64,000 nucleotides of DNA from Paraphysomonas bandaiensis. Lineage: Eukaryota > Protista > Chrysophyceae. Under the pieces are notes generated by a model, which was not told where the DNA came from, ran no database searches, and saw only the letters and a program-made list of their open reading frames with translations. The stretch lies in contig CBFFRP010000181.1 of assembly GCA_965644295.1 (NCBI GenBank), positions 62,001 to 126,000 of the forward strand, in the 5' to 3' direction. Below are positions 23,639 to 37,100 of this stretch, piece by piece (the first letter of the stretch is position 1; every line of letters starts with the position of its first letter). Position numbers and translations under genes: made by a program.

Positions 23639-25252
23639 TCAGTTAGAAAACCCTGCAAAAGTTTCTTCGATATCTTGTGTTGTTCTTGGAATGGAGCAAC
23701 TGAGGCAGTCAGCAGTGCCATCACTTCCGATCGCAACCACATCCTCTATCCTCACTCCACCAAAACCGCTGTACGAATATATTAGCTCACAGTTATACCA
23801 GTAAGCGTCGGGGCCATTACAAGCCTCATCCATAAGTTCATCAATGAAATATACCCCCGGTTCCACAGTCATCACATATCCTGGTTCCAAAATAGAGCTG
23901 CAGGAAGAATAGGTGGCACCCATGTCGTGCACGTTCAAACCTACACCATGACCAAGTGAATGAGGGAGGAAAGTACTCCAGACCCTCGGAATATTCTGGG
24001 AAGAATCTCCAAACACAAGTTGCTCAACTGTCGCTTGGTTCTGATACACGAATCCGGCGTCCAATAAAGCCTGCGTCAGTGCCCAGTATGCTCCTGGAGC
24101 ATCGGAAGTTCCGTAACAAACATCGATATTCCAATCCGCACCTGCTTTCATTGCCGCAATGCCGGCGTCAGCTGATGCCAAAACAATGTCATAGACGACC
24201 TTCTGAGCAGAACTGAATACTCCTGAAACGGGATACGTGCGAGTAATATCACTACAATACCCCTGGTCCTCAGGACTCGCGTCAAGAAGGATGAGTTCAC
24301 CGGGTGCCGCATTCGCAGTCGCTTTGTAGTAGTGTAGCACTGCGCCGTTCTTACCAGCCGCAACTATAGGAATGTAGGCCTGAAATCTCATTCCACACGA
24401 TTGGCTAGCTTCCACAAAACTTGCCTCTAAAGTCAATTCGGATATAGTGTTGTCCTCCGCGGTCGCCATCCATGCGGTAAGATGTGATACTGCAGCGACA
24501 TGACTAGCATGTCGAAGCAACTCAACCTCCACATCATCTTTCACACAGCGCGCTGCATCTATGCCCTGCCCCACTGCCGCCGTGTTGATATTCAATGGGA
24601 CACCACCCACCAATGATTCCAGTTTGCTCTCGTCGTCGGTATACACTGTAGGTGTTGCTGAAGAGGACACCAAGTAGGCGTCCAAGAGAGATGGTAACTC
24701 ATCTACATAGGCTGCATAATCAACAGCAAATCCTTCTGCCAACTCCTCCATTGGAGGGAGAAACCCGTTGAATATATCTTGACTACGAGTTTGGCGTTCA
24801 ACCAAGGCAGTAGTGTTTAGAGCATTGTTATCACCCACAGTAATCATCAAGACACAGTTGTACATGTCCAAATTCGCCATATACCAAATAGAAGAAATTT
24901 GACGAAACAATATTTCAGTGTCACTTCCTTCTCGAAATTCAAGTTCGCCTCCAAAGAGAACTAACACGTCACCCGGTTTAGCTCCAATAGCAGTAACAGC
25001 CTTAACTCTATGAGCACTGTACATACCCTCTACACTGTCATCATTCGGTCGTGTATCTGGACACTGTGATATTTCTTTACTTGTAGGTATAAATGGTGTG
25101 ATAGATGACAGATTGAGTGATTGAGATTTAGTGTGTATGTGTGTCTGTATGTGTTTGTCTGTGTTTATATCTAATATTTCAGGAGGGGTCCATATAACAC
25201 TCCCAGTTGATAATCCACATATTAGGAGGGCACTGATAGATAGGAAAATCAT
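23639..25252 (-). CDS. Xaa-Pro aminopeptidase/prolidase (M24B) with signal peptide; intronless
   Basis: FRQxS N-domain motif, AVLHY, LLDAS..YCSDITRTYP, HSLGHGVGLNVHD, TVEPGVY, GGVRIED. Hydrophobic N-terminus MIFLSISALLICGLSTG. Confidence 0.93.
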   Translation of the reverse strand: MIFLSISALLICGLSTGSVIWTPPEILDINTDKHIQTHIHTKSQSLNLSSITPFIPTSKEISQCPDTRPNDDSVEGMYSAHRVKAVTAIGAKPGDVLVLFGGELEFREGSDTEILFRQISSIWYMANLDMYNCVLMITVGDNNALNTTALVERQTRSQDIFNGFLPPMEELAEGFAVDYAAYVDELPSLLDAYLVSSSATPTVYTDDESKLESLVGGVPLNINTAAVGQGIDAARCVKDDVEVELLRHASHVAAVSHLTAWMATAEDNTISELTLEASFVEASQSCGMRFQAYIPIVAAGKNGAVLHYYKATANAAPGELILLDASPEDQGYCSDITRTYPVSGVFSSAQKVVYDIVLASADAGIAAMKAGADWNIDVCYGTSDAPGAYWALTQALLDAGFVYQNQATVEQLVFGDSSQNIPRVWSTFLPHSLGHGVGLNVHDMGATYSSCSSILEPGYVMTVEPGVYFIDELMDEACNGPDAYWYNCELIYSYSGFGGVRIEDVVAIGSDGTADCLSCSIPRTTQDIEETFAGFSN

Positions 25253-25764
25253 TGTTTATGAGGGGGATAAAGGCGGGGGGGGTACGTGAAGGTCGATAAT
25301 ACCACTTAGAGGGTATGAGATTATGATTATATACATATATGATAATGTATGAAAAAACCTACTGGAAGATCCATACAATACATGCATGCAGCAGTACATA
25401 CTGCTGTATAGTACGATCGTAGGACGTGTGATATCACACCATACGTATAGTTGTAGGGCACACACTCACTGCCGCATCTGTATATCTGTGTCCTAGCGTG
25501 TAGCCGGGGAAAGCGGATCAATATCCGTGTTCAGATTACGACTACATCATTCAACTAGAAAAAAATAACGACCTCACAACGTAATATATAGAGAGACATA
25601 GCTGTTTATCTTAAGCATTTACAGGCACGCTTTTGCTCTAGATATTCGGCAGCTTAAAGTGAGTCTTTAACTATCACTTTTCTTGTCTATCAAGGAATTG
25701 TGTATCCCCGAAGCCTGCTTGATTGTGCTGATTAGGTTGTCGATTTGCTATAGACTACCGACAC

Positions 25765-26598
25765 ATGCATTGTAGATTTGCCGTGATACTTATTATCCCA
25801 TCCCTGGTATCAACTTGTAACATTTGGGGAACTGATTCCGGTGAATGCAGTGAGTTACCACTGGATAAAATATGGCGACTATCGAATATGCCTTTTTGTG
25901 GATCAGTAGTGTTATATCCAACATGTCTCCCCAAGTTCCAGGTACGCCTCAATGCCGTGTATTTAATCTTTTAATTTCTTTTTTCGAAGACTTTGCCACC
26001 GTCGCGTGAGTATCCATTTGGGCGCTGGTTTAATCATACAGTGTTAACAAAAGACAAGTGGGTAGAGTATGAAGCCAAGGAGCATGTCAAGTACCGCATG
26101 CGCCTTGAGCGGAATAATTCTTTGCGTGAACGTGGTGTGAACGAGCATGGCGATCCTGTTGTTATTCGCCGCCGATTCTGGCATCATGAAGATTGCCGCA
26201 ATGCATATAAGAATTATTTTTGTTGGATCAACTTCCCACGGTGTGATATGAATAGAGATGAGAGTATGGCTACATGCCGCAGTGCATGTGAGAATTATTT
26301 CATTTCTTGTGGATTAGACAGGGATATTTGGAGGTGTGGGCCATCAATGTACTTTAACGGTTATGAACCAGAAGAGGGCAAAGTGAATGGATTTGGTGAG
26401 GTAAACTACATGCGTGACTACTTTCCGGGCCAACCATTCAGGGAGAATAAATTTAACCGCCAAGGTCTACATAGGAAAATATGTACACCAGCAATTGACG
26501 GATCCGCATTTGGAGTAGACAGTAAAATGCAGTTTGCTATGGCATTTGGAGTATCCCTTCTCAGCGCCGTGATAGTCATGGCGTTTGCTGGGCTGTAG
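25765..26598 (+). CDS. Secreted/C-terminally anchored Cys-rich protein with a Frizzled-type CRD (Mid1/NALF-like); exons 25765-25941, 25990-26598
   Basis: Signal-like N-terminus, MPFCGSVVLYPTC, CRNAYKNYFCWINFPRC...CRSACENYFISC, and a hydrophobic C-terminus (TM or GPI signal). Confidence 0.65.
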
Positions 26599-28141
26599 TA
26601 TTGTTGCAACATTTTATCTTTGTGAAGAATTTCGGGGGTATTAGACATTCCCATTGGTGTAATGTTAGTATAGTATGTGTAGGTTATCACCTTTAAGTAC
26701 CACTGTTGCGTATTATAATTAGAATTAGTTTGCGCTTCCATTCACATTTATTGCTTTCCGAATACTGTGGCGCTAGCAGAATTGCAATATGTAGATATCG
26801 GAAAAGTAATGTGCCCTCTAAGGGTAATAGCAACACAACCACACTCGTACTATGATGGTGGCTATATTCAAAAAAGTAGAAGGGTTACGAAAACTCACAA
26901 ACCTGTGCAGAATTTGTTGATTGTTATTCGAAAGCAACATGATTCCAGCTAGTTGTAGTATTCAGCTAAATGCTTGACGCCAATATAATACGTAAATCAG
27001 AACAATAATAAGTTGTGTCTATATTCAGAATAGTTATTATCTCAAATATGTAACTCTGTAACACTATCACCATCAAATTTTATGCCAAATGAATCGACCC
27101 TCCCTATACTTGCACTCTTCTATGCCATATCTTGTAAACTTTATATGGAACATTATCCTATCAACTTACATTATCGCTGTGGCTTGAAAAGATATCCATC
27201 AATCGGGTATTCAAATGAAGTTGCTCGGAGTACTCATCTTTCTGCATCAATCGACTTTACACACTTTACAACTGGGAATTCCATGGATTAGTGGAAAGCA
27301 AATTGAAACTTCAGGTGTTGGGATATCCATTACAGCGCAGTCCTCAAGAGCGCGGTTACACTATCAGTACGTGAAATATTTCTTCATGGGCAAGGTTCTT
27401 CAAAGATATTCTTGTATAAGACCTCGACTGAAACATCCTTATAGGTTCACTAAGAAGTTCGGCGATGTTAATCGTTATGTCCCAAAAACAGCCAACATCG
27501 CACAGCATTAAGGAAGGAGACCTCGGACCTGAAAACCAGGATATTCAATGAAATGCCCAACTTTGCACTGTACTTCATTATAAAATACAGGCAGTATCCT
27601 GTTTTTTGCAGTTGATGCCACCAAAAAATGTGTTCTGCTACACATGTGGCATGCCATGGTACAGCAGTATATACTCCTGCTGTATGATCTTCTCATATGA
27701 TTGATATGATATACTATTTCTATAAGTAGAGTATCTATATCTATATATATAGTCTGTATAGTCTGTATGTACCATTAACACATGTTCTACCATACGATGA
27801 ATATGTGTCCTTGAGTCCTATCTTCCCCTTTCTGTTTTTCTTTATTAGTTTGATTATATTATATGTATTGTGTGTTACGTGATCTGCTTACTGTGTGTAT
27901 AGCAGTCATATCACTCCATCAAACAGGTAAATATATATATAACCCGCTATACGATATGTATTCAATCTACATTCATATTACTGATGATATACACTCACAA
28001 TATATGCACTGAAGTTCCTCTGTGTGTACACTGCTTACTGTTTTGTCTGACTGTCAAACTCTATTGCTTTATAATCATGTCAACAATGAACGGAACTATT
28101 CATATTTATTTAGTGAAAGCTTATAAATTTCATTTTATTTT

Positions 28142-31100
28142 ATGACTCAATGTTTGCGTGTATTGCTTCTTGCTGATTGCGTGTATTCTGTGACAGAATC
28201 TATACTGTGGACAGAAGTCACCTCTAGTGCAACTTGGAGTGGCCGTTACTCCTTCGTCAGTCTTGTGACCAATGATACTGTATGGATACTTGGAGGTTTA
28301 AAGGACAGTTATAGTAGCTTGAATGATGTGTGGTACACAGTAGACGGTGTGACGTGGACTGAGGTGACATCGGTAGCTTCCTGGAGTGCTCGATACGCAC
28401 ACAGTGGAGTAGTATTTGACAGTAAACTATGGGTTATTGGTGGTCGTGATGTTACATCTAGATCATATACATCCGACGTGTGGTATTCTGAAGATGGTGC
28501 TACATGGAACAGTGCAACGCTATCTGCGCCCTGGAGTGCACGGGCGTATCACACAAGTGTTGTATATAACGGCAAGATGTGGATTATGGGTGGATATAAT
28601 GGTGCTTCGAAGTTTAGTGATGTGTGGTACTCTCTGGATGGAGTTGCATGGACGGATATATCTCCAGTGGACGCATGGCAAAAGCGGCACGCATACTCCA
28701 GCGTAGTATTTGATAACAAGATGTGGATTATCGGAGGCAAAGACTTGACAAGCTTTAATGATGTGTGGTACACCGCTGATGAGATCAACTGGATTGAAGT
28801 GACTTCATCGTCGTCCTGGATACCGCGACACACACACAGTAGTGTAGTTTACAATAATCAAATTTGGGTATTAGGTGGATTTCACAGTGATTCAGGTTTA
28901 GGTGATGTCTGGTATTCTTCGAACGGCTTGTCATGGTTTGAAGATGTGTCCAGAAGTAGTTGGAGCGATCGCTACTACCTGTCAAGTTTTACTTTTCAAA
29001 ACAAGCTTTGGGTGGCGGGAGGTATAGGTTCGACGCCATATAACGATGTGTGGTGTGCTATGGTTGAAGCTGTGCCCACAGGTGAGTTTTACGAGCAGAA
29101 CGTGTTCTATACGTCGTTTGTGGTGCATATACTTTGCCATGAATATGGAGACTGGCAATTTCGGATTACATTAAAATATTGAATGCAGATGTGCCCAGTG
29201 GGGAGCCAACTTCTGTTCCGAGTGAGTTACCCGTAGGTAAGAGACAATAGCTCTTCAACATTGCGTTGACTTCTAGCATAAGCTGGCACCGTGCTAACAA
29301 TTGCGAATGGAGCTGCTTTCACACAACCGTATAGCGTTTGTATACCTTTGAGTGGGTTGTATGCGTTGATAAGTGAGTATGAAGGGAATAAAATTCAATA
29401 CTTGGATACAGTTTCTGGAGAAGTAAGAACTCTTGCTGGATCGGGATCCCACACTACTTTTGATGGACTTGGGTCTCGTGCATCATTTAAAGGCCCGAAG
29501 GGTGTGACTATATCTTCAGACGAAGATTTTGCTTTGATTGCAGAGCGTGATGGTCATAGTATTCGCAAAGTTATATTATCTACAAGTGAAGTGTCTACGC
29601 TTGCAGGAACAGGTGTATCTGGCAACGACGACGGTACAGGAACGCTTGCTAAGTTCAACGCTCCATGTTCGGTAAGCATGTCGTCTGATGACTCTTATGC
29701 TCTCGTTGCCGATATTGGTGGCCACAACATCAGACATATTGATATGTTATCTTATGCTGTGACCACACTTGTCGGTACCGCGTCACCTGGGTCTGTTGAC
29801 TCCATTGGAACAACAGGAAGTTTTGATAATCCGTCATCGGTTAAAATATCCCCTGATGGGTCGTACGCTCTCGTTGTTGATCAAGGAAACGCTAAAATTA
29901 GAAAGGTAATACTGGAAACTCTTGTCGTGAGTACCCTGGCTGGTTCTGGTGCACAAGGAAGTGCTGATGGTACAGGATCGTTGGCGACTTTTGATTCTCC
30001 CGAGGACATTACTTTTTCTCCAAATGGTTTAAGTGCACTTGTGTCTGATAACGGCGGTGTGAAGATTCGTGTAATTGATCTTTATACTGCGACGGTGACT
30101 ACTCTTGCTGGTTCGGGTGCTGCAGAAAGTTTGGATGGAGTTGGTATATCAGCTAGTTTTCATAGCCCTCGTGGCATTGCAACCCATCCGTATATAGAGT
30201 ACGCTTTTGTAATGGAAGAAGTCACAGGCGAGATTCGCAAAGTGTTTTATTCATTTTTCACAGGTATGGTTGCATATTTGATATCTCTTTTAATCTGGCT
30301 TTAGCGATTCCCTCCTCTCATCCTTCTTTTCTTCCTTCTGAGTTTGTGGATTTGACTGTGCGAGGTAAAGCCGATATTTATTCTCTTAAATCTAATTTCC
30401 GGAATAGGATGGCAAGTGGCTACACCTGATGCCGCTTGGTCGGCTCGTTACAGACATACCACTACTATATATAGTGGGAAAGTATGGGTCATGGGTGGTA
30501 TCGGAGGGGAGAACTCGGTGTGGTGGTCGGACACAGGAATAAATTGGACTATGGCTGTTAACGCCGAATGGAGTTCGCGTTATGGACACTCAAGTGTGAT
30601 GTATGATGACAAGATGTGGGTAATCGGTGGAGAACATGAGGGACTGTATTTGAATGATGTGTGGTATACTGAGGATGGAGCTAATTGGATCGAAGTTATT
30701 TCTAATGCGGAATGGGATTCGAGATCTCACCATACCAGTGTAGTTTTCAACGACAAGATGTGGCTACTGGGTGGAATCGGCTCATCAGTAATGAGTGACG
30801 TGTGGTATACTAGCAATGGAATACACTGGACAGTTGCCACAGAGGTAGCTGAATGGAGTGCTCGTTTTTTGCACAGCAGTGTTGTGTATGATAACAAAAT
30901 GTGGGTTATTGGTGGGCAGGATGTAGACTACATGCAAGATGTGTGGTGGTCTACCGATGGTTCGTTTTGGACACAGGCATCCTCAAATGCTGACTGGAGT
31001 GCGCGGTCCGCTCACAGCAGTGTTACTTTTAATGATAATATGTGGGTTATTTGTGGTCGATTTGAGAGTGAAACATTTAGCGACGTCTGGTATTCTGCAG

Positions 31101-34100
31101 ATGGGGTCACGTGGACTTTGAGCAGTGGTAGCGGACTGACTGCGCGGTCCTCTCACACTAGTATTGTATACAATCAAAAAATATGGACTTTAGGTGGGTA
31201 TGGTGTTAACAGTTTAAGAGATGTACGGTACACTGTATCTATGGTGCCCCCTTCGTTTACTCCAACAGAAGTTCCAAGTAATTTGCCTAGTATGAGTCCC
31301 ACGTGTGTTCCAACGACATATCCTTCAGAAGATCCCTCTGGACAGCCATCAGAAGAACCCTCTGGACACCCTTCTGGGGGGCCTTCCACGCTGCCTTCTG
31401 GAGTCCCTTCTTGTCAGCCTTTGGGAGAGCCATCTAGACAGCCATCAGGAAAACCCTCTGGAGTCCCTTCTAGTCATCCTTCGGGGGGGCCTTCCATGTT
31501 GCCTTCTGGGGCTCCTTCTAGTCAGCCTTTCGGAGAGCCATCTAGACAGCCATCAGGAAAACCCTCTGGACACCCTTCGGGGGGGCCTTCCACGCTGCCT
31601 TCTGGAGTCCCTTCGTGTCAGCCTTTCGGAGAGCCATCTAGACAACCATCAGGAGAACCCTCTGGACACCCTTCTGGGGGGTCTTCCACGCTGCCTTCTG
31701 GGGCTCCTTCTTGTCAGCCTTCCGGAGAGCCGTCTAGACAGCCATCAGAACCCTCTGGACACCCTTCGGGGGGGCCTTCCACGCTGCCTTCTGGAGTCCC
31801 TTCTAGACAGCCCACTGACTCACTAACCTCTGAGCCGAGTATCCGGCCCACTGGATGTCCTAATGGACAGCCTTCTCTTAACCCAACAACCCCACATCAG
31901 TTGCCGCCTTCTCGACCAAGTCTTCTGCCCACAGACCATCAACCCATACCAACGTATCTTCCATCATGCAAGCCAACAGCCCGAAATTCTGATCATCCGA
32001 ATTCCACTGCGCCGTCAAAAGATCCTAATACACTTCCATCATATTCACCTAGTAGAGCTTCTTCAATACCAAGTGGTGTTCCGTTATCATTACCTAGTCC
32101 GCATTCACTGACTCTGAATCCAACAGTTGGAGGGGAGACTCCCTCTCCTTCTTTTCTACCATCGTTGAACCCAATAAACATCCCTCCCAATATTATGTCT
32201 TGTCAACTATCTTCAGGAGGCAGATATGCCGTTATAACGTTCGACAGGCAGTCGAGTATGGGAGATACAGCAAGTGTTTTTCAATGTTCAAAGATTCTGA
32301 TGTTCAATGGTGCTGAGAAAGCATCCTGTCGGTGGAAATATGGTTCATCGTCTTTATGGGCCTATCCATCCGCGCACTACTACTTCAATGTAAGTGATGA
32401 ATTGATTTTAGTACCTCATGTTCTTCGGGCGGCTTGCCCAATTCAAGGTGGTCTGGAGTGCGACGAATGGCCCACGGCAGCAATTCAATCGTGCAAAATT
32501 ACTTCCCCAGATGATCCTATTGTGCCCATAGTATCTTTGTCTGCACCATCGACTATTGGTCGATGCGTGGACTTTGAGCTAGATGTCACGGGCTCAGTCG
32601 GATCTGGTGGACGCAAATGGGAAAAAATAACTGTGAATGTGACAGTCAGTTCTACTTCTTTATACACCATAAAAAATTTATCCGATATTAACTACTTCTA
32701 TTCCTATATGTACCAGATCAGTCCTCCAACACGTCTTCCTGGGGCTTATCTTCACACTGACGTAGACTACTTATTTACTGTCACGCTATGCAATTTTCTT
32801 AGACAGTGCGGTGTGAATAGGCATATGTTGACAGTGGTGAATTATTTTTTGCCTGTGGTGTCGATTGTTGGGTTGCCGAATCGGATGACTTACTCGAGGC
32901 ATGCACTGAGACTTACGTCGAAAGCGTATGTACCAGCTTGTGCAGCAGAGTGGTCTCAACGTGATCTATCTTATAATTGGTCAGTGGAACTGAATGACAA
33001 AGTGCAGCATGGTTTGGTCAACACTCTGGAAGATGAAACGAAATTTAAGTTGCCGGGATATGCTTTACGTGTTTGGTTGGAGTATAAGGTCACAGTAATA
33101 GCTTCGCTTGACCTGCTGAACGTAAAGTCAATGGCATCTGTGCTGGTAAATGTCATTCCTTCTTCAGTGGTTGCTGTGTTGAGTGGAGGATCTGCCCAAA
33201 CTGTAAGATTGGGAGAGGTAATTGTAGTGAGTGGGTCTGACAGCTACGATGAAGATGTATTTGGTACAACAGGAATTTCTGCTGGATTGAATTTTAGTTG
33301 GACATGTTTTGAAGTTACGACTGGTGGAAGTTGTGTACTTGCTGTCACGTCTACTGTCAATGCCGATGCATTTGTTGGCATGGCTGATATTCAGTCCAGT
33401 GTAGGTAAAACAGTAGCCGTAAAGTTGACTGTGTTCGGCAGTTACAACCGCACCGATACTGCTGTAACTTATGTCTCGGTGCTGCCTTCCGTATCTCCTA
33501 AGGTAGCGTTGTCAGTGAGTACTTTTAGAATCAGGCATGCAGACAAAGCGAAGATATTTGCAAATGTTGAAATTCCTGTTGCTTCCCAGGCTCTGTGGTC
33601 TATAAATGACACCACAGTTGATTTGAGATCTATAGCTCTCACCCCAGTTGGTTCCCGCTTCGGCAATGGATCAGTGGGGACGTTTAACTTAGTAATAGGA
33701 GGAGGAAACCTTCATCTTGGATCAGCCTATGCATTTTGCCTTACAGTGGGCCAGAGTGCTGCCATAATCACAATTGAAGTGATGGATTCACCTATACCTG
33801 GAGCGTTTGATGTGTTCCCGTCCTTAGGGTATGAGTTCCGTGACATATTTGTGATGTCAGTATCACAGTGGGTCGACTCTGAGCTCCCACTGACGTATTC
33901 TTATGGATTTTTAGCATCTGATGATTCATTATTAATTGTGCAACCTAGATCTGAGCTTTCTCATATCTCAGCTAGACTTCCTGGAGGATTCAGTACTATC
34001 CAGTATTCACTGACTTGTGTTGTGACTGCATATAATATTTATGATGCAAAAGCAAGTTTATCTCATATAGTTACTGTTTTGCCACTCTTCACAGATGTGA

Positions 34101-37100
34101 TCAATTTGAATATTACAATTGAGGAATTACTCGAAGCCAGTGCTAGTGATGTAGACTTCACGTGGCAAACGATATCTGTTGGTTTAGCGATGCTAAATAA
34201 TAATCACAACTGCTCAATGGCTCCTAACTGTACGATGCTACATCGCGATGCGTGTACAACAACTGATCATGTGTGTGGTGCGTGTTCGGAGGGATATTAC
34301 GGAGAACATACTGGGCATCATGCTAATACGGAGTGTTATCCTGTATCTTCGAAAGAAATGTCGATCGATGATAATGCGTGTGATGAAGACAACTCCTGTG
34401 GTATCTTTGGAAAATGTTTAGACGGTGTGTGTCTATATCCATCAAAGTCATGCCCGTTGGATTGCTTTGGTAAAGGCATGTGTTTAATGGTGCGACTGGC
34501 AACCGGAGAAATTGTTGACACCTGCTTGACAAATGATGTGACATGTCGTGCAGTATGTTCCTGTTACTCAGGTTATTCAGGAGTCTCATGTGGCACCAGC
34601 GTTGCAGTAATTCATGCAAAGCAGGACGTCAAACTAAAACTTGCACAGACTGCTGAAAAATTAATCGTAGAGTACAGTGACCAATCTGAAGAGTCCGTGG
34701 AGGCTGCAGTATCACTTGTCGCACAGCTTGGAGTGAATCTACATGAGTTGATTTCTGAATCATGCAGCATACTGGAGCGCATGATATCACATTTACTCAA
34801 TGATGCACAGGAGTTGGGTATGGCCTACGAGACGGTAAAGAAAGTGTTTGCCGTAGTTGATGCATGTGTGGAGATAGAATTTGTACATGGAAATGTCAAC
34901 ACTTTTGACCAGGTCTTGAATCAATACACACAGCTTGCAATTTCGAATATGGAATTAGGACAAGAGAATGTGGGTTTTATTGGGGATACTATACGGACAG
35001 TGCTTTCTTTACAACCGCAGGCTGAAAATAGTTTTGTCGTAGACATACCTCGTTCAGCAATTGAAATTTCTCAGGGTATCAATAAGTCTTCTGTTAGATT
35101 CCATGGGACCTATAGCTCACGCGTATCAGGATCAGTTACACTTGTTGAAGTTTCTCAGAAGATATATTCGAATTATTCTGCTTTACTTGCCAATCCTATT
35201 AAGATTGAAGTTGTGGTTTCTGACGCTGCTGTGGGGGAGAGGTTAGAATTCTCCGCAATGATGATAAATAATATAGCGATTGACTACAACAGCACCACTG
35301 GGAGAAGTTCTTCTATGCTGAATGACTCCTTTGTCAACGTATGTGCCACGGGTGAGCACAGTGTGTTCAATCACACATGTCCAATTTCTGGAATAGTAGT
35401 CACTCATAGATGCCTGGGGACAAGACAAACACTTGTATCGACATGCCCTCGAGTTCAGTTAGTTCCTGTATGCCGCGAAATCGTATCAGGTATATTGGAT
35501 GTTGACAGCATTGCCTGTAAAGTGCTATCATATGATAGCACGTACACACTTTGTTCTTGCACTATGGAAATAGCATCTATTAGACGGCTGTCAGATTCGT
35601 CAAACGAAGACGTAAAACGAAGTGGTGCTATGGAGTTGGTGGTAATGGCAACATACACATACACAGGGGCAGTGGAAACAATATATCAGGCGGATGATAT
35701 CACAATACGGAGCGTTGTGAATAGTGTCTTGGTTTTGTCATTTTTTGCCGGGTTGTGGTAATTCAACGACTATGTGCACTATATATAAGTCTCATTTTGA
35801 AACATAGGGGATGTGGTCTTCTATTGATTGCAGAACTGACCCGGTTATCAGCGATTAAGACTATGACACCTACCGGTGGAAGAAAGCGTAGTGAGAAGTC
35901 AGTTGTGGGTTCTCTTTTACATGACACATCACGGGACAAGAAAGATTACTTAATGATGTACATTAAGTATGCTATTCCAGGTAGATGGCCGGTGCTGTTT
36001 GAGTTGTTTTGTGATATTTGCACAGAAATATTTTTGACACCAGGGTACGACCTCAAGTCTATGGTCGTCGAAGCAATGCGTCATCATAAGATTTCCCTCA
36101 TTGTTTTCTCCTCTGGACGGGATGCTGAGGAGAAAAGACTGTTGATGGGATTATATTTGCTCTCTATTCAAACCATGTAAGAAACTACTCTCATGATCAT
36201 TGAAATAATTCTTTCTCAGGCTGATGTTCACATTGGCATTGTGCTATGATTTAGGTGAGATCTTTGACTTAGCTCTTGTATTTGCGTTATTGTGTTTATG
36301 TAGAAAACCCAGAAGACGATGGAACATGCAAGGGCTATACAACTCAAGCTACGTGCTTGGATGAAAGATCTATGTTTGATGCTAGTAAAACAATGTGCAA
36401 GTGGGTTCCTGGCGACTCCGGTGTATTCGTCTGCGAGTATAGAGATCCAGACTTCTCAGCAAGAGTGGGTGGACAATATTTTAAATACTGATATACTTAA
36501 CTTTTATGATTAGGTAATAATCATTGTCTCTATATTTGTATCTATTGTTACGGCACCCATGAATTTGATTGTGGTTTTCCTATTCGAAAGGTATAAATAG
36601 CTTATTTGAATTGCAGCTGATATTTCTGTTTCTTAGCATCTTATGCGCTCCCAGCGAAGACGATCATAAAGCGAAGTTGTCCTTTATGAGTAACTTGAGC
36701 AGGAAAATGTCACATACTGTTAGACGTGCTTCCAATGTCATCCACAAAATGTCTGCAGCGATGGAAATGCCTAATATGAGGGTTAAGAAGCAGTCAAGTA
36801 TCTTAAGTGGTTTGATTACTGATGTAACTCGAGATATTCCTGATACAGTTGCTAATGCTCATGCACTTGCGACTTCAGCAATGAAAAGTGTTGTCGATAG
36901 AACTAATGACGATGAAGAGAGAAATTTTTCACACGTTACGTACCCCGACGATGAGCAGTCACTTAATTCAATTCTACGGCAAAGAACTCTCTCCAGGTTG
37001 AGCTCCGTTGAAGAATCAGGGATCCTGCAGCAACTATCTATCGTTCTGGGAAACACCACAGGGTATGCGCTAGAAAGTGAATGCATTCAGGCAACGTATT

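Noticed and set aside
27082-27696. Overlapping short ORFs that might be a decayed gene
   Set aside because: No recognisable motif or consistent splice model. The same applies to 1420-1640, 41040-41540 and 60780-61060.
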